A DNA stretch of 64,000 nt. Source: a plasmid. The DNA lies in sequence record CP121101.1; one strand, written 5' to 3'. The notes under the pieces were generated by a model. It saw only the letters and a program-made list of their open reading frames with translations, made no database searches and was not told the DNA's origin. Positions 38,836 to 50,088 of this stretch are shown here, piece by piece. Made by a program: the position numbers and the translations under genes. The stretch's first letter is position 1, and every line of letters begins with the position of its first letter.

Positions 38836-39780
38836 TTATTTGGTGGGATTTTTAAACAATTTATTTGCTACATTGTTGCTGAACCAAAACGGATGCGTTT
38901 GGTGGAGCAGGAATAAACCATGCCTGGGTTCCATTCTGATCAGTTTCCCATATCCGGACGTAAGCTCTCGTTCCATCAAACCGGCCCTCAACAGCCCCCA
39001 TTTTGTTAAACGGAAGCCATTTTTGCTGTATGACAGAGGAATCACGTTTACTTTGCGAGTCCCGCGATTAGTAGGACAGGAGACAAGGGAAACGATCTGG
39101 TTATTTTGTTGCACATTACCCCAAGCCAACCCAGAAAGTACGGTGCGATTTGTGAGGCCGGAAATAGAAAGATCTTTTACGTTCTCGATGGCATATCCGG
39201 CAGCATTCATGTTCCCCTTTAGCGCCCTCGATCCATCAAGCATATAAAAATTGTCGTGAGCAACCTCAGTGCCTGGTCGACCAATTTCCGTAACTATATT
39301 TGTTCCAGATACGGTAGCAAAAGGCAGTGAAGACAATAATCCAGCGGCAACGTCATTTCGTTGATCTGCTGGCACTTTTGCGAGTGGTATGGTCAATTCG
39401 AACCTTGGAATTGTTGGGTTCCCAGCTACACCATAAGTCCTTACAGAAATAGCATCCCCCCAGAGAGTTTCAGTCATTGGCCGGCAGTTACCCGCACTCG
39501 CATCACTTACGGTACAGTTCCTAATGTAACCCTCATTAATTAGTACCTGAATCGATGATGGGAAGTTAGTAGGTGTAACTGTGTTATTGCTCTTAGATGT
39601 GAACTGATACCTTTCCGCTGCTTTTGAAAAAAGCTCAGCAATGCGAAGGCCTTGTTGTTCCGCAGCAGAATCAATTCTTTGCTGCCTCATTTCATTGTAA
39701 ACAATCATGCTCACGAAAATTAAAACTGGAAGAACTATAGAAAGTTCAATGAGTGTAAATCCACTCTGGCTTTTACGCAT
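38836..39780 (-). CDS. pilV: Type IVb minor pilin / adhesin PilV-like
   Basis: It has a prepilin leader MRKSQSGFTLIELSIVL (a G/F cleavage site). Confidence 0.55.
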   Translation of the reverse strand: MRKSQSGFTLIELSIVLPVLIFVSMIVYNEMRQQRIDSAAEQQGLRIAELFSKAAERYQFTSKSNNTVTPTNFPSSIQVLINEGYIRNCTVSDASAGNCRPMTETLWGDAISVRTYGVAGNPTIPRFELTIPLAKVPADQRNDVAAGLLSSLPFATVSGTNIVTEIGRPGTEVAHDNFYMLDGSRALKGNMNAAGYAIENVKDLSISGLTNRTVLSGLAWGNVQQNNQIVSLVSCPTNRGTRKVNVIPLSYSKNGFRLTKWGLLRAGLMERELTSGYGKLIRMEPRHGLFLLHQTHPFWFSNNVANKLFKNPTK

Positions 39781-40286
39781 TACTTATCTCCAATGCCATG
39801 TGCCCAGCAATTTGTTGGACTCCTATACATTTCTCCAAACGAAGATAGCCTTGGAGACTTAATAGGGAACTGAAATGATAATGTACTACCTGACATGTAA
39901 TCTGCGCCAGAATCAGTATATAGCTCGCCAGCAAAAGCGGCATTCCTTACATCTATTGAAACCACGACATGAACAGGCTCACCCCCGCGATACCCAAAAG
40001 CGAAACTTGTCGCCCACGGCGCAGGATATACCGATGAGTTGGGCACCCCTGCTGTAATTAAATCAGCATGAGAAATGCTTATGCCAGTCAGGCAACCATT
40101 AGGCACCTTAAGTCGAAGCGCTGAGTTAACTCCAGCATTCACATCAGAGGCGATTCCATGAGCCTTTATAGATTGCATTGCTATGTTTAAATTATACCCA
40201 ATAGCAGTCACGCCAAATGAGATAGTGGCAATTACCGCCATAGCCACCGATAGCTCAATCAAAGTGTAACCACTACATTTCTTCAT
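39780..40286 (-). CDS. Type IV prepilin-like protein
   Basis: Its leader is MKKCSGYTLIELSVAMAVIA. Confidence 0.5.
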   Translation of the reverse strand: MKKCSGYTLIELSVAMAVIATISFGVTAIGYNLNIAMQSIKAHGIASDVNAGVNSALRLKVPNGCLTGISISHADLITAGVPNSSVYPAPWATSFAFGYRGGEPVHVVVSIDVRNAAFAGELYTDSGADYMSGSTLSFQFPIKSPRLSSFGEMYRSPTNCWAHGIGDK

Positions 40287-40490
40287 AAATATGCCTGCTA
40301 TGTTCTAAAATATGGAGGCGGCTAAGCCGCCTCCTTAACAACGATAATTTACATCGTTCCTTTAACACTGCTGCCAGTGACGGTAATAGTTGTGCACCCT
40401 GTAGCCGTCTGACAACGCCCTGTAGTCATGGGGGCTAAGGTATCAGCTAGATCGGTTATGTAGTCAGCCGGCAGGCCCGCCATCGTGATA

Positions 40491-40835
40491 TCAACCAGGC
40501 TGGGGTTGGTAGTGTTTTGCTACAACGGTAATATCACCACCAAATGCATTTGCCGCCTTACCATCTTTGGCAGTACCACAGACGCTGGCATCAAGCAGCT
40601 TAGACCCCGTCGCACACAACACGCTCATGCTCACACCATTCTTATTCGGGCGCCCTTTTTTCCAACGCTCCGTTGCAGTTGTGATTTGTTGCATCTGCTT
40701 TATGAGCGCCTCTTGCTTAGTTTGATATTTTACACCTTCAGCTACTTGCAGAACGACCACCAAGAGAACGGCTGCAATTGCCACCACAATGGAAAACTCG
40801 ATCAATGTGAAGCCGCCTTGTTTTTTGGAAGCCAT
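40491..40835 (-). CDS. pilS: Type IVb major pilin PilS-like
   Basis: Its leader is KKQGGFTLIEFSIVVAIAAVL. Confidence 0.5.
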   Translation of the reverse strand: MASKKQGGFTLIEFSIVVAIAAVLLVVVLQVAEGVKYQTKQEALIKQMQQITTATERWKKGRPNKNGVSMSVLCATGSKLLDASVCGTAKDGKAANAFGGDITVVAKHYQPQPG

Positions 40836-40882
40836 GATTTCATTGTTCTGGTTTACGTAGTTCATCATTCAACCCTTAAAAA

Positions 40883-41921
40883 TTAATAAGCAACTCTAGC
40901 GGACTGCGCCACCACGAGATATGTACCACCGGCCAATATAGCCATACCGCAACCTGCAGCCATCATCGTCAGCAAGTTTGCCAATTTCCCCAAACTAACT
41001 ATCTGTTTTTTTAGCCTCCTTCGCTGTCTTATCGAGCTTTGCATTAGCACCGATGGAATGTCTTCACTATTACTTAATATTTTAATTCTTTGAATTTCAA
41101 CTTGACCAAGTAACCCCACATCAAATACATCACCATAGTTTTTCTTACCTGATGCTATTTTCAACTTTATTTTCTGTATTTTTGCTCGAAGCCAACGACT
41201 TGAACCCTGGCCAATAATGCTCATACAATCATTAATCCCGACCCCGGCTCTCATAAGGCTGGAGACACTAGCTAACACTGCTATCGCATTGAGGTCTCTA
41301 TATTGTTTAAAAACTATGGAGTTATCAAGTGACTCTCTATATGGAAAATTCGGTAACATCCACATCAAGCTTATGAGGCTAGTAATGGCCAAGCACATAA
41401 GAAAAAACATCCAGTTATGACTGAATTCTGCAAGACTCCATGCTGCCTGTGATATCCCCCCCCATTTGTAGAGCGGCAGTCTGTTTTGCATATCCAGCAT
41501 ATACTCATATGACGGACGGACCCGCTACAGTCAACAACGCAACAATCATTACTGCAGGATATTTTACTGCATTCAAAATATCCAAAGTCAATCCAGAAGC
41601 ATCTCTGATGGTGTTTATACCAACATCAAGCCCCATGTCTATGTCACCAGTTTCTTGTCCAGCAGCAATTGTAGAAATTATTATTGGTGAGAACCATCCT
41701 TGCATACCAGATGTAACTGGCCTACCATTTCTGATAGCCATCAGCATATCACCTGCAAGCGCTTTAGCAGAGGGAGATCCGAACTCTACCAAATTAATAC
41801 AAATATCTTTCTCATCAATACCAGAGTTGATTAACTCCTTAAAGTCCTCGAGGAATTCAATTTGGTCGGTTTTAAAAAAAACCAACTGGAGCCACGTCTT
41901 CGAAAGGATGTCAAGATTCAC
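40883..41921 (-). CDS. pilR: PilR (GspF-family inner-membrane platform protein), split by a frameshift at about 41500
   Basis: The two adjacent ORFs 41505-41921 and 40883-41500 are in different frames. Both have GspF-like helices. Confidence 0.5.
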
Positions 41922-43437
41922 AACAGCTCCTTAATTTGTTCAGCAGCAGAGTGAATATCGCATATCCCAGCCCTTACTTTTTTAAGTGCATAGTGCTTAA
42001 TATTTTTCCAGCCATTCTCCAACAAGTGGATCTTCCACGCCAACGCATCACCTTTAGCTATGAATTTACGGTCGTCATCTGTTAAGACGATGACCTCCAT
42101 TACCAAGGTTCTACCTTTTTCACCTTCAACACATTTGCTGCAACCATTACTATTCTTTACTCGAGCGAGGTGTAGATCTACACCCAGAGCTCTGCGCAAA
42201 ATAGCCTGCTGTTCTTCGGTTGCCTTTTCATGCGGAATTGAACAGTACGGGCAAAGAACCCTGATTAGCCTCTGATGAGCGAAGACTGAGAATACATCAG
42301 GGCTACTGGCGATTACTGACGGCACGCGTAAATGTTCTACCAGCTTGGTTGCAAGACCGGTTGCACTTGAAGTATGTGTGGTTCCGATTAACAAGTGCCC
42401 GGATTCTGAAAGGTGAGTAAATTCCGCGGCGCTTTTTTGGTCACGCACCTCACCAAAATAAATGACGTCAGGATCTTGCCTGAGCATTACTTTTCCGTAA
42501 TACGCAAGTCACGCTCTTTACCTTTCTTTGTCAGGCCATAATCAATTCGCGTTTGAGAAACCCCATCCAAACTCCATTCAGGTGGGTCTTCAAGCGTATT
42601 GATATTGCGGCCATCATCAATAGTTGATAGCCCCGCCATAGCTACTGTGGTTTTCCCTGAACCGGTGGGTCCAGAGAAAAAAACGGCCCCTTGAGGCTGC
42701 TTGAATGCATGCTCAATGATTTCAATGTGATCTTCGTCCATCCCCATATCTGCGAACGAAGGAATATCGTCCCTAATGGGTGTCAGTAATCGCAGTACGG
42801 TTTTGGTACAGTCTTTATCGTCGCTACTGCTACTAACAGGTAGCATTGACGTCCGCCAATCCCATGCTTTTTGAACATTATTTACAGAGATAATCTTACT
42901 AAAGCTTCCAGCATTTGGAATTAACGCTGAATAGCTTTCTTCTGAACCGCTGTGACCATTAAATACATAAGCTGTTAGTTCTGCCCCATATTCTTTTGTC
43001 TGAGGTGCAGAGATATCAATCAAACGACCATCAATACGACATTTTATTATTGTTTTCTTTCCTTTCACCAAAATGTGTATATCAGATCCCCCCATTCTAA
43101 TACACCTTGACAGCAATCCCATCAAGCGGTCTTCAACTTGTGTTGGTGCGACATCAGTGGCGTTCTTAGCACTTTGTTGGACTGTGTCGACACTTTGAGT
43201 TGAACCGACCTGCAAAGCATTCAGTACTACTTCGCTATCAGCAAGATTAATATTCGGCTCCTTACCATGCAGCTGAACCTTAACCTTAGAAATTATTGTA
43301 TTTAAGTTATCACTCTTTGGATCTGATGTGTAAACGACCCAGTTCTCATCAACGAAGCAGCTTTTGTCCTCCCGGCAAAGTGCTAAGATTTCATCATCAT
43401 CAATTAATGACACAGTGTTTTTAATTGCCATGTTCAT
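41918..43437 (-). CDS. pilQ: PilQ (GspE-family pilus assembly ATPase), split by a frameshift near 42487
   Basis: Walker A GPTGSGKTT is in the upstream ORF. Walker B DPDVIYFGEVRD and the His box LLIGTTHTSSATG are in the downstream ORF. The two meet at a TAATG stop/start overlap. Confidence 0.65.
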
Positions 43438-43453
43438 ATTAACATCCGGTTCC

Positions 43454-44182
43454 TCAATAGACCATATTTATGCAGCGAGATGACTTTCCATATCTTGCGC
43501 ACAATTGCCTATCATTCAGGGAGATAATCTTAATACCATCTATTGTCTTACCTACCAGAGCAGGAATCATTCTTCCAGACTCACCAATAGAAACATACGC
43601 GGTCAGCCTCCCATCTACACGGGCCGCATATCGAAGAATGAGTCTGTCAAGTTTGCTACCAGGCTGGTCCATCTCCTTAGGCTCATTAAATGCGATTCCA
43701 GTTCCTACCGGCATTGGATTGCTAGAGGACACGGTTGCGCCTACAGGCATTTCGTCCTGAAGCAAGAATGCCCCAGAAGGTGGGGTGCTTTCCGCTGGCT
43801 TCTCTGCTGCTACTTTTTTCTTTGCGGCATTAATCTCAATCAGCTCTTCCACCGTGTTTGTTGCCAGCAAGGCCTCTGCCTTAGCCCTTCTTTCTCCGAG
43901 GCTCATCAGCTCTTGTATGTTTTTTGGCAGCTTCGGCATCTTCACTGCAGCCGGGGGGTCAATCACACTTTGGCTTGCCATATCGCCCCCTCCAACTACA
44001 GCGGTTGATGCCGGCGCCCGCTGCTCTGACTGTGCGATAAGAGCATTGAGACGCTCATTCCGCTTTTCCTTTCTATTTTCTTGAGCCTGATATAAATAAA
44101 CCGCACTGGCACATGCTACTGACAGCAACCCTAAATATGTTACCAACTTTTTAGTGTTATATTTATTTTTGTTCTCATTCAT
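43454..44182 (-). CDS. pilP: PilP-like protein
   Basis: It has a signal/lipoprotein-like N-terminus and sits between pilQ and pilO, as in R64. Confidence 0.4.
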   Translation of the reverse strand: MNENKNKYNTKKLVTYLGLLSVACASAVYLYQAQENRKEKRNERLNALIAQSEQRAPASTAVVGGGDMASQSVIDPPAAVKMPKLPKNIQELMSLGERRAKAEALLATNTVEELIEINAAKKKVAAEKPAESTPPSGAFLLQDEMPVGATVSSSNPMPVGTGIAFNEPKEMDQPGSKLDRLILRYAARVDGRLTAYVSIGESGRMIPALVGKTIDGIKIISLNDRQLCARYGKSSRCINMVY

Positions 44183-45305
44183 TGTGAGCCACCTCCAAAC
44201 TGAATTACCGCATTATTGAGGGTGCAATCCCCTTCCTTGCTAATGCTGAACGTTGCTGATTCCAATTTTATTGGCATTCCTTTCATCGCATTACCAAGCT
44301 CGCTAATGAACCAAGGATTAGCCTTTGCGATGGTCAGGCTGGCCTTTCTACTTGCCCATACCCCATTAGCTTCTATGGGTTCATAGCTTGCTTTCAAACC
44401 TGATATCAACGAAAGCTTTGAAAACAAATCAAAGACTGTATCATCAAGAACCTTGAAATTGGCATGATGTGAACTCCAATAGGAACTCAGAGGGATAGCT
44501 ACTCGAATAAATGGTGATGACCCGCTGAATGACATAGATAGGTTATTTTTTTCAGTCCATGCATTTATCACTTGTCTATCGATCACAACTTCAGGCAACA
44601 CCATATTGATGCTGCCTATTTCGATGGTTCCCGCAGGCAAATCCGTGACAACGGGAATTGTTCCAAACTTTGCACACGTCACACCAAACTCACTGATCGC
44701 ATCACCCGCAAGTTGCACATCTGTCCATGCTGCGCGATAGGCATACCAGGGATCCGTTACTTCCGGTGGCGGCGGTGGTGGCGGTTCAGGCCATAGAAAC
44801 CAGGTAACAGCTGCAATAACAGATATACAAACAAGTGATGGTTTAACCATTCTTGCCAATGCAGAACCACGAAACTCAACGAGCTCGAAGTCATCAGGCC
44901 TTAAATTTAAAGCCTCAATTATCGTTGTTTCTATGCCATGAACAGATAATTCGGTTGTAGAAAAAATGCGGTCAGATGGGTGTACCTGCAACCACTCAGA
45001 CACAATTCCGTAGCATCGACGACTTCATCACGACGAATATCTCCAGCGTCCCAGAGAACGCATCGATAGGCGCGGTCTGAAGCAATAATGCACACCCATT
45101 TCCTGGGGGTGTCTTTCACTTCGTGAATTAGTGCCTCAGCAATGCATTCGCCCCAAGCAATATCAGCCTCATCAGAGGCTACCCGCGTTAGCAGTTCTCC
45201 ATTCTCGAATATCCGCTCATACTTAGCCGGATACTCCACCCGCCACCGCTTCAGGACTTCTTTTTGCTTACCACCATGCGGCAGAGTAGTTCTGATAGTT
45301 CCCAT
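44179..45305 (-). CDS. pilO: PilO-like protein, apparently frameshifted near 44931-45003
   Basis: An N-terminal cytoplasmic ORF 44931-45305 overlaps a 274-aa ORF that has a TM and a polyproline stretch. Confidence 0.4.
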
Positions 45306-45309
45306 GGCT

Positions 45310-46821
45310 CTATATCCGCTTAGGGGTGATCAGAACAATTGTTTCTGTCATGCTACTTTCACCTGAGTTCCCACCCAAGAATGAATTCTTAAATACAGAT
45401 GTCTCATCAGACTTATTTGACTTCTGTTTGTATCCATTAAGCACGAGGGTTTCGCCATATTTAAGGCCAATATCTTGATCAAACTTTATTTCTTGAACTT
45501 GCGGCGGCGCCCGAATTGTTACACCGCTCACTTCTGTATCATCCCATTTAATAACTTTTGATAGAACTCCAGAAATTTGGAGGTTTACCATATCATCTGA
45601 TATATTTGGCATCACGGACATTGTAAGGCCATCACTTACAACGGCATCTTCAACTTCAACGCTTGCATCGGCATTTTCATTTGGTGTAACTGTTACTCTG
45701 GCAATATATGTCAGTTTTTCCGAGTTATCTATTGAGGCCACTCTGTTATTTCTAGCAACAGTTCTTGGCTCATATTCTACACCAACATGCCCTTGAGTTT
45801 GCAGTGACTTCATCAGGATGGTTGTTCCATCCCATTTTGGATTTGTCGAGGTAAATGAAAATCCATAATTCCCTGAATCACCTAGGGTTGGCAGTGATGG
45901 ACCAGCAAACTGCAGCTTACCTTCTGAAAGATTTCGTATAACATTCCAATCAATGCCAAACGCAGAACCTTTGCCTCCTTTGAATTGGAGAACCTTTACT
46001 TCAATCATCATTACCTGGCGAGCTATTGCCTGTTTTCTTGATGAAATATAGCTCTCAACCAGGCTCATACGATGCGGGGTTGTTCTAACAAGAATAGAAG
46101 CAGTCGAGGAAGTTACGATTACATTCCCTTCTAATGGGTTCTTATCATCCTTACTTGCACCGTCACGCCTCAGAATCGACTCTATAGCAGCTAAATAGTC
46201 ATCAAACGGATTTATGTCGACCACTTCAGTGGTTGCGTAAGTATCCGAATTCCCAAGAGAGCTTGTAATTGTTCGGTTTGCTAATCCCTCACCGCTATTA
46301 TTTACTGAGTTAGCCTTGCGGCCAAAGAGGAATGAACTTTTTCCCAAGAGTGAATTTAACTCAAATACTTTTGTGACATATCGTTCAAAATTAATTTTGT
46401 TCCCAAGAACACTAACGGAAATGTCAGCTTTTGCTGCGATCTCATTTAGCGCCCCATTCACATCCCCCTGATAATCCACAGAAATAATTTTGTCTTGGAC
46501 CACATCAGGTCCATAGTTAACTGATATTTTCTGATCGGCCGATTGCAGCAAGTTCCTTACTGCAAAGCTAAGCGGTATATTTTGGCCTTGAATGGTGGCG
46601 GGCTTTCTGACCCACCAAGGGGCCCCCTCACCGATTGTCGGATTCAAGTCCAAAGGGGGCTTGTCGATATAGATACTTTTAGAGGATTCATGCTTACCCT
46701 CATACGCCTTAATTTGTCCAAGTGTATCGTTAGCAGCATTTTTCTGCTCCAAATGATCCGTGGCACCACACCCTGAAAGAGCTATGATAACTGCTGTTGC
46801 AATAGCACTGCGCGATTTCAT
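45310..46821 (-). CDS. pilN: PilN secretin-family outer-membrane lipoprotein
   Basis: It has a lipobox (IIALSGC) and a secretin C-domain (VLVRTTPHRMSL...IEVKVLQF). Confidence 0.6.
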   Translation of the reverse strand: MKSRSAIATAVIIALSGCGATDHLEQKNAANDTLGQIKAYEGKHESSKSIYIDKPPLDLNPTIGEGAPWWVRKPATIQGQNIPLSFAVRNLLQSADQKISVNYGPDVVQDKIISVDYQGDVNGALNEIAAKADISVSVLGNKINFERYVTKVFELNSLLGKSSFLFGRKANSVNNSGEGLANRTITSSLGNSDTYATTEVVDINPFDDYLAAIESILRRDGASKDDKNPLEGNVIVTSSTASILVRTTPHRMSLVESYISSRKQAIARQVMMIEVKVLQFKGGKGSAFGIDWNVIRNLSEGKLQFAGPSLPTLGDSGNYGFSFTSTNPKWDGTTILMKSLQTQGHVGVEYEPRTVARNNRVASIDNSEKLTYIARVTVTPNENADASVEVEDAVVSDGLTMSVMPNISDDMVNLQISGVLSKVIKWDDTEVSGVTIRAPPQVQEIKFDQDIGLKYGETLVLNGYKQKSNKSDETSVFKNSFLGGNSGESSMTETIVLITPKRI

Positions 46822-46823
46822 GA

Positions 46824-47726
46824 TCAGTTCCCCTGCACAAAATAAACGTGTTGTGTTGACTTCAGTAGCTGTGGTTGGACTGGGTATGATTCGATCAACG
46901 CATTAAGTGCTGATGCTATATCCCCTCTTTCCGTGACGATTGGCCAGCTTGACGATACGTAATAATCCTGAGGACGCCAATCTTGTATTGTCGTATTCCA
47001 CCCATAGGACTTGGTAAGACGAATTGCATTTTCTTTCAGGCTGCCGGCAGTGACATTAAATGTCTGTACCAACACCCCTGGAACGTGTATTACGGCACTT
47101 TTACTCATAGCGTCGTAGCTAACAATGAATTTTGAATTTGTTTCATTGCCAAATGCGCTTTGCGCGTCGGATATTACCCCTTGGAAGTCATACGCAGAAA
47201 AGTGCGTTTTCTTTGGTATAGATGAAAAGCCAGTAGGCACTCCCCCTGGGAAATAATAGAGAACTGTTTTATACCCGTTATCTCTAAACCATCTCGATAA
47301 AGCACGCTCCCAAGATTCACCAGCTCGAACAACCATAGACAACTTTTCTACTGTGATGGCAGGCGGCTTTGTTTCATTAATTGGAACGAACACCTTCCCA
47401 CTCGTCACAACAGGAGCCAGAGGTTTCATCAACTCTTGGGGCGTGCTTGCCATTGGATTCGATGCTGATGCAAGCATCGGCTTCTTGGTATTACTTGCCG
47501 TCGCAACAGGGGTCCATTGGTGCTTAGTTGTTACCTGCTCAACTTTTTGTTGAACAGCTGCAGCCAAGTCATTCTGCTCCGCTCCAACAGTGTTATATAC
47601 GCCGGTGTCGTTCTGGCTGCGCGTCGACACGATCTGCGGGGCGCTGTGGTCTTTTAGTACGTTGTTCGGGCTGCACCCTCCTACCAAGGCTGCAGCTACC
47701 GCCACCGACAGGAGCTTCAGTCGCAC
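46824..47726 (-). CDS. pilL: PilL lipoprotein
   Basis: It has a lipobox (ALVGGCS) and is 300 aa. It is the first gene of the pilL-N-O-P-Q-R order. Confidence 0.5.
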   Translation of the reverse strand: MRLKLLSVAVAAALVGGCSPNNVLKDHSAPQIVSTRSQNDTGVYNTVGAEQNDLAAAVQQKVEQVTTKHQWTPVATASNTKKPMLASASNPMASTPQELMKPLAPVVTSGKVFVPINETKPPAITVEKLSMVVRAGESWERALSRWFRDNGYKTVLYYFPGGVPTGFSSIPKKTHFSAYDFQGVISDAQSAFGNETNSKFIVSYDAMSKSAVIHVPGVLVQTFNVTAGSLKENAIRLTKSYGWNTTIQDWRPQDYYVSSSWPIVTERGDIASALNALIESYPVQPQLLKSTQHVYFVQGN

Positions 47727-48290
47727 TTGATGATCTCCGTCGCTGTGATTGTCGCGGATCGATCCCTTTCATGTATCTGCGGAAGAAGCGGCAATCCAGC
47801 CAGGAACGCTTCAAGAGCCTTTATCGGCTCTTTTTTATCGACCTCAAAACCGGCATCAAACTGCCAATCGCAGTGAGCCGGTACGGTCTTAGACCAACGG
47901 ATTGCCTGCAACCCCAACGCAAAGCGGAGGCTCTCCAGCTGTCCACGTAGTGATCCAGGATGCACGCTGAAGTAACGCTGTTCTCGGTCCCGACGAATGA
48001 AATTGATCGATCGCCTGCTGACGGTCATTGATGATGTGACGTAGGCGAGTAATCTGCCCGGTGATCCGCGCGTTATGCTTGGCATACTCATCACGCAAAA
48101 GGGCCAGGTCGTTCTGTAGCAGTTCGATTTCAGTGTTGAGCTCTATGAGCGTTTTGTCGCCATAAGTATCACGTGCCATCTCCGCCATTGGCGGAGTTCT
48201 CCTCTCAGGCCGTGTGTCGCCTGGTGAAGCCTGCACCTGCGATATCCCCAGCAGGGCAACGACACTGAATGCCAAAACACTTTTTCTCAT
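47717..48290 (-). CDS. Hypothetical secreted coiled-coil protein upstream of pilL, apparently frameshifted
   Basis: ORFs 47889-48413 (signal peptide MRKSVLAFSVVALLGISQVQA) and 47717-48094 overlap in different frames. Confidence 0.3.
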
Positions 48291-48434
48291 AGACGCCACC
48301 GTATAGAAAATCCTAGGGGGCGTTATACCGCACTCAAGCGGAAATAATTGCACAGCTAAAATGGGGGGGGTTTTCTGAACGGTCTCGAGATAGGAGGAAA
48401 AAAAACCCGCCAATTACTTAGGCGGGTTCTGGGT

Positions 48435-48755
48435 TTATGTGTTTTCCATCTGGCGTTGTCGCTGATGGATTCGGCTTGGCGTGAACTGACCAGACCATAC
48501 AAGCCCGGTGTCTATCGTGACCTCTTGCCGTATCCTGATCTTCATGCTCTCACCGCTCATGTCTTGGATCGTCTCAAGTAATCTACTCTCAACAGAGTGC
48601 AGGAACTCGAGATCCCTCATAGCAACTTTGAGTAAGGCTTTCTGTCGTTCTTCTCGCAATTTTGCCTTGCGATTTCGCATTTCAAATATGCATGGGATCG
48701 CGACAGCGATAACGGCGAAGAACCCAGAAATCAAGGCCACTGTGATAGTTTCCAT
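48435..48755 (-). CDS. Small membrane protein
   Basis: 106 aa with an N-terminal TM helix. Confidence 0.35.
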   Translation of the reverse strand: METITVALISGFFAVIAVAIPCIFEMRNRKAKLREERQKALLKVAMRDLEFLHSVESRLLETIQDMSGESMKIRIRQEVTIDTGLVWSGQFTPSRIHQRQRQMENT

Positions 48756-49067
48756 AGTGCCCTTCCTTAGTATTCATCACTCATGATGATTGTTGTGGTG
48801 CTGCGGTCTGCCTCAGTGATAACCCATATCCTACCTTGGCCTTTATCAGCCGGCAGGCTGGATAGAACCCTCTCATCATTGCTGATAGCATCAAGGTTCT
48901 TAAGTCTCTGTGCATGGCTCCACAATAACCCCTCTCGATGAGCGTCAAGCAAAGCTGATGACGATATGCCCAGGCGTTCAAGTGTTTCCATAGCGACTGG
49001 AGTGGCCCGCACGTTCCTAAATTAAACATTTGTAGTTCCTGTTTCTGTGCCCTGGAGGCTTAAATTG

Positions 49068-49337
49068 TTAAGCCGCCTTCTCTGCAAGCGCGTTCGCAAG
49101 CAGCAAGGGCCACGCAGGATCGACACTGTTCAATGCCTGAATGACTTGATCAGCATCTAAAACGCAAGATGTGAATGTTGAATTAAGTTTGTCTATGTCT
49201 GCGGCCGGCGATCTCACAACTGTTCTTATGAAGTTGCATCCTTCGCCTGGGTTCACGCTTGCATAAACGTTGGATTCCCCCAGCCTTACAAGCTGGCCAG
49301 TAGAGATAAGTTCTCCAGTTTTGGTTACTTCGAACAT
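49068..49337 (-). CDS. Hypothetical small protein, first gene downstream of repeat copy 5
   Basis: GAGG RBS 5 nt upstream of the ATG, directly after the repeat. Confidence 0.4.
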   Translation of the reverse strand: MFEVTKTGELISTGQLVRLGESNVYASVNPGEGCNFIRTVVRSPAADIDKLNSTFTSCVLDADQVIQALNSVDPAWPLLLANALAEKAA

Positions 49338-49366
49338 GATTATGCCTCGTTGAATTTGGTTTTAAT

Positions 49367-49600
49367 CCCGGGTTGGTGTTGGTCACGAGTGACACATTGC
49401 GGACCGAGTGCCATAAGACAGCCTTGGGCTGTTTCTGCATGTACGCTGACGCCGGAGAATAACCGGTGAACGGACATGCAGAATCAGCCTACGAGGGCTT
49501 GGGTGATGGATCACAGGTGGAAGTACCTGCAGAGTGCAGGTAGAGTTGATGTTGGTGCCAGGCCGGGCGGCCTGTCCCCACGTAGGCACCGAGGACTTAT
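49367..49600 (-). repeat. Copy 5 of the conserved structured element
   Basis: The core 49367-49521 is about 85% identical to copies 1-4. Its 3' hairpin gtgccaggccgggcggcctgtcc..taggcaccgag is shared with copies 2 and 4. Confidence 0.8.
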
Positions 49601-49686
49601 ACAGAATAACCTAGCGGACTAATATCTGGCAATCTGGTACAGATTTAAAAATTGATGGCCATGCATAAATGGCATGGCCATCACAT

Positions 49687-50088
49687 TCAGATGAGGAAAT
49701 CGTCCAGCGAGCGCCCTTGTGCTATCTGCTCAGCCAAGTGCTTCGGGGTGCGCCCCTGACCTGTCCAAGTCTGTTCGTTTCCATCAACAACATAACGATA
49801 CTTGGGCGGTCTCGGAGCGCGTTTTTTCTTTTCACTAGAGTTTACGCCTGAAGCATCCCCGACAAGTTCTTTGGGGTCGATGCCGGCCTTGGCCAGCAAC
49901 TCCTGGAACTCTGCCAACTTACTCATTCGTTCTGATTGAGCAGCCTTTTCTTTGTCTACTTGAGTCTTACGTTCCAAGTACACCAACTCGAATTTTTCGT
50001 GGGCCTCTTGTACTTGTTCAAAGGGCAGATCTCGAAGTGCTGCCCGGAGGCTTCGAATATTCAACAGCATTTTCAAAAATTCTTGCAT
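49687..50088 (-). CDS. hns: H-NS family nucleoid-associated protein (full length)
   Basis: The C-terminus has the TWTGQGRTPK DNA-binding motif. An N-terminal coiled coil is present, as is the GIDPKEL linker. Confidence 0.75.
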   Translation of the reverse strand: MQEFLKMLLNIRSLRAALRDLPFEQVQEAHEKFELVYLERKTQVDKEKAAQSERMSKLAEFQELLAKAGIDPKELVGDASGVNSSEKKKRAPRPPKYRYVVDGNEQTWTGQGRTPKHLAEQIAQGRSLDDFLI

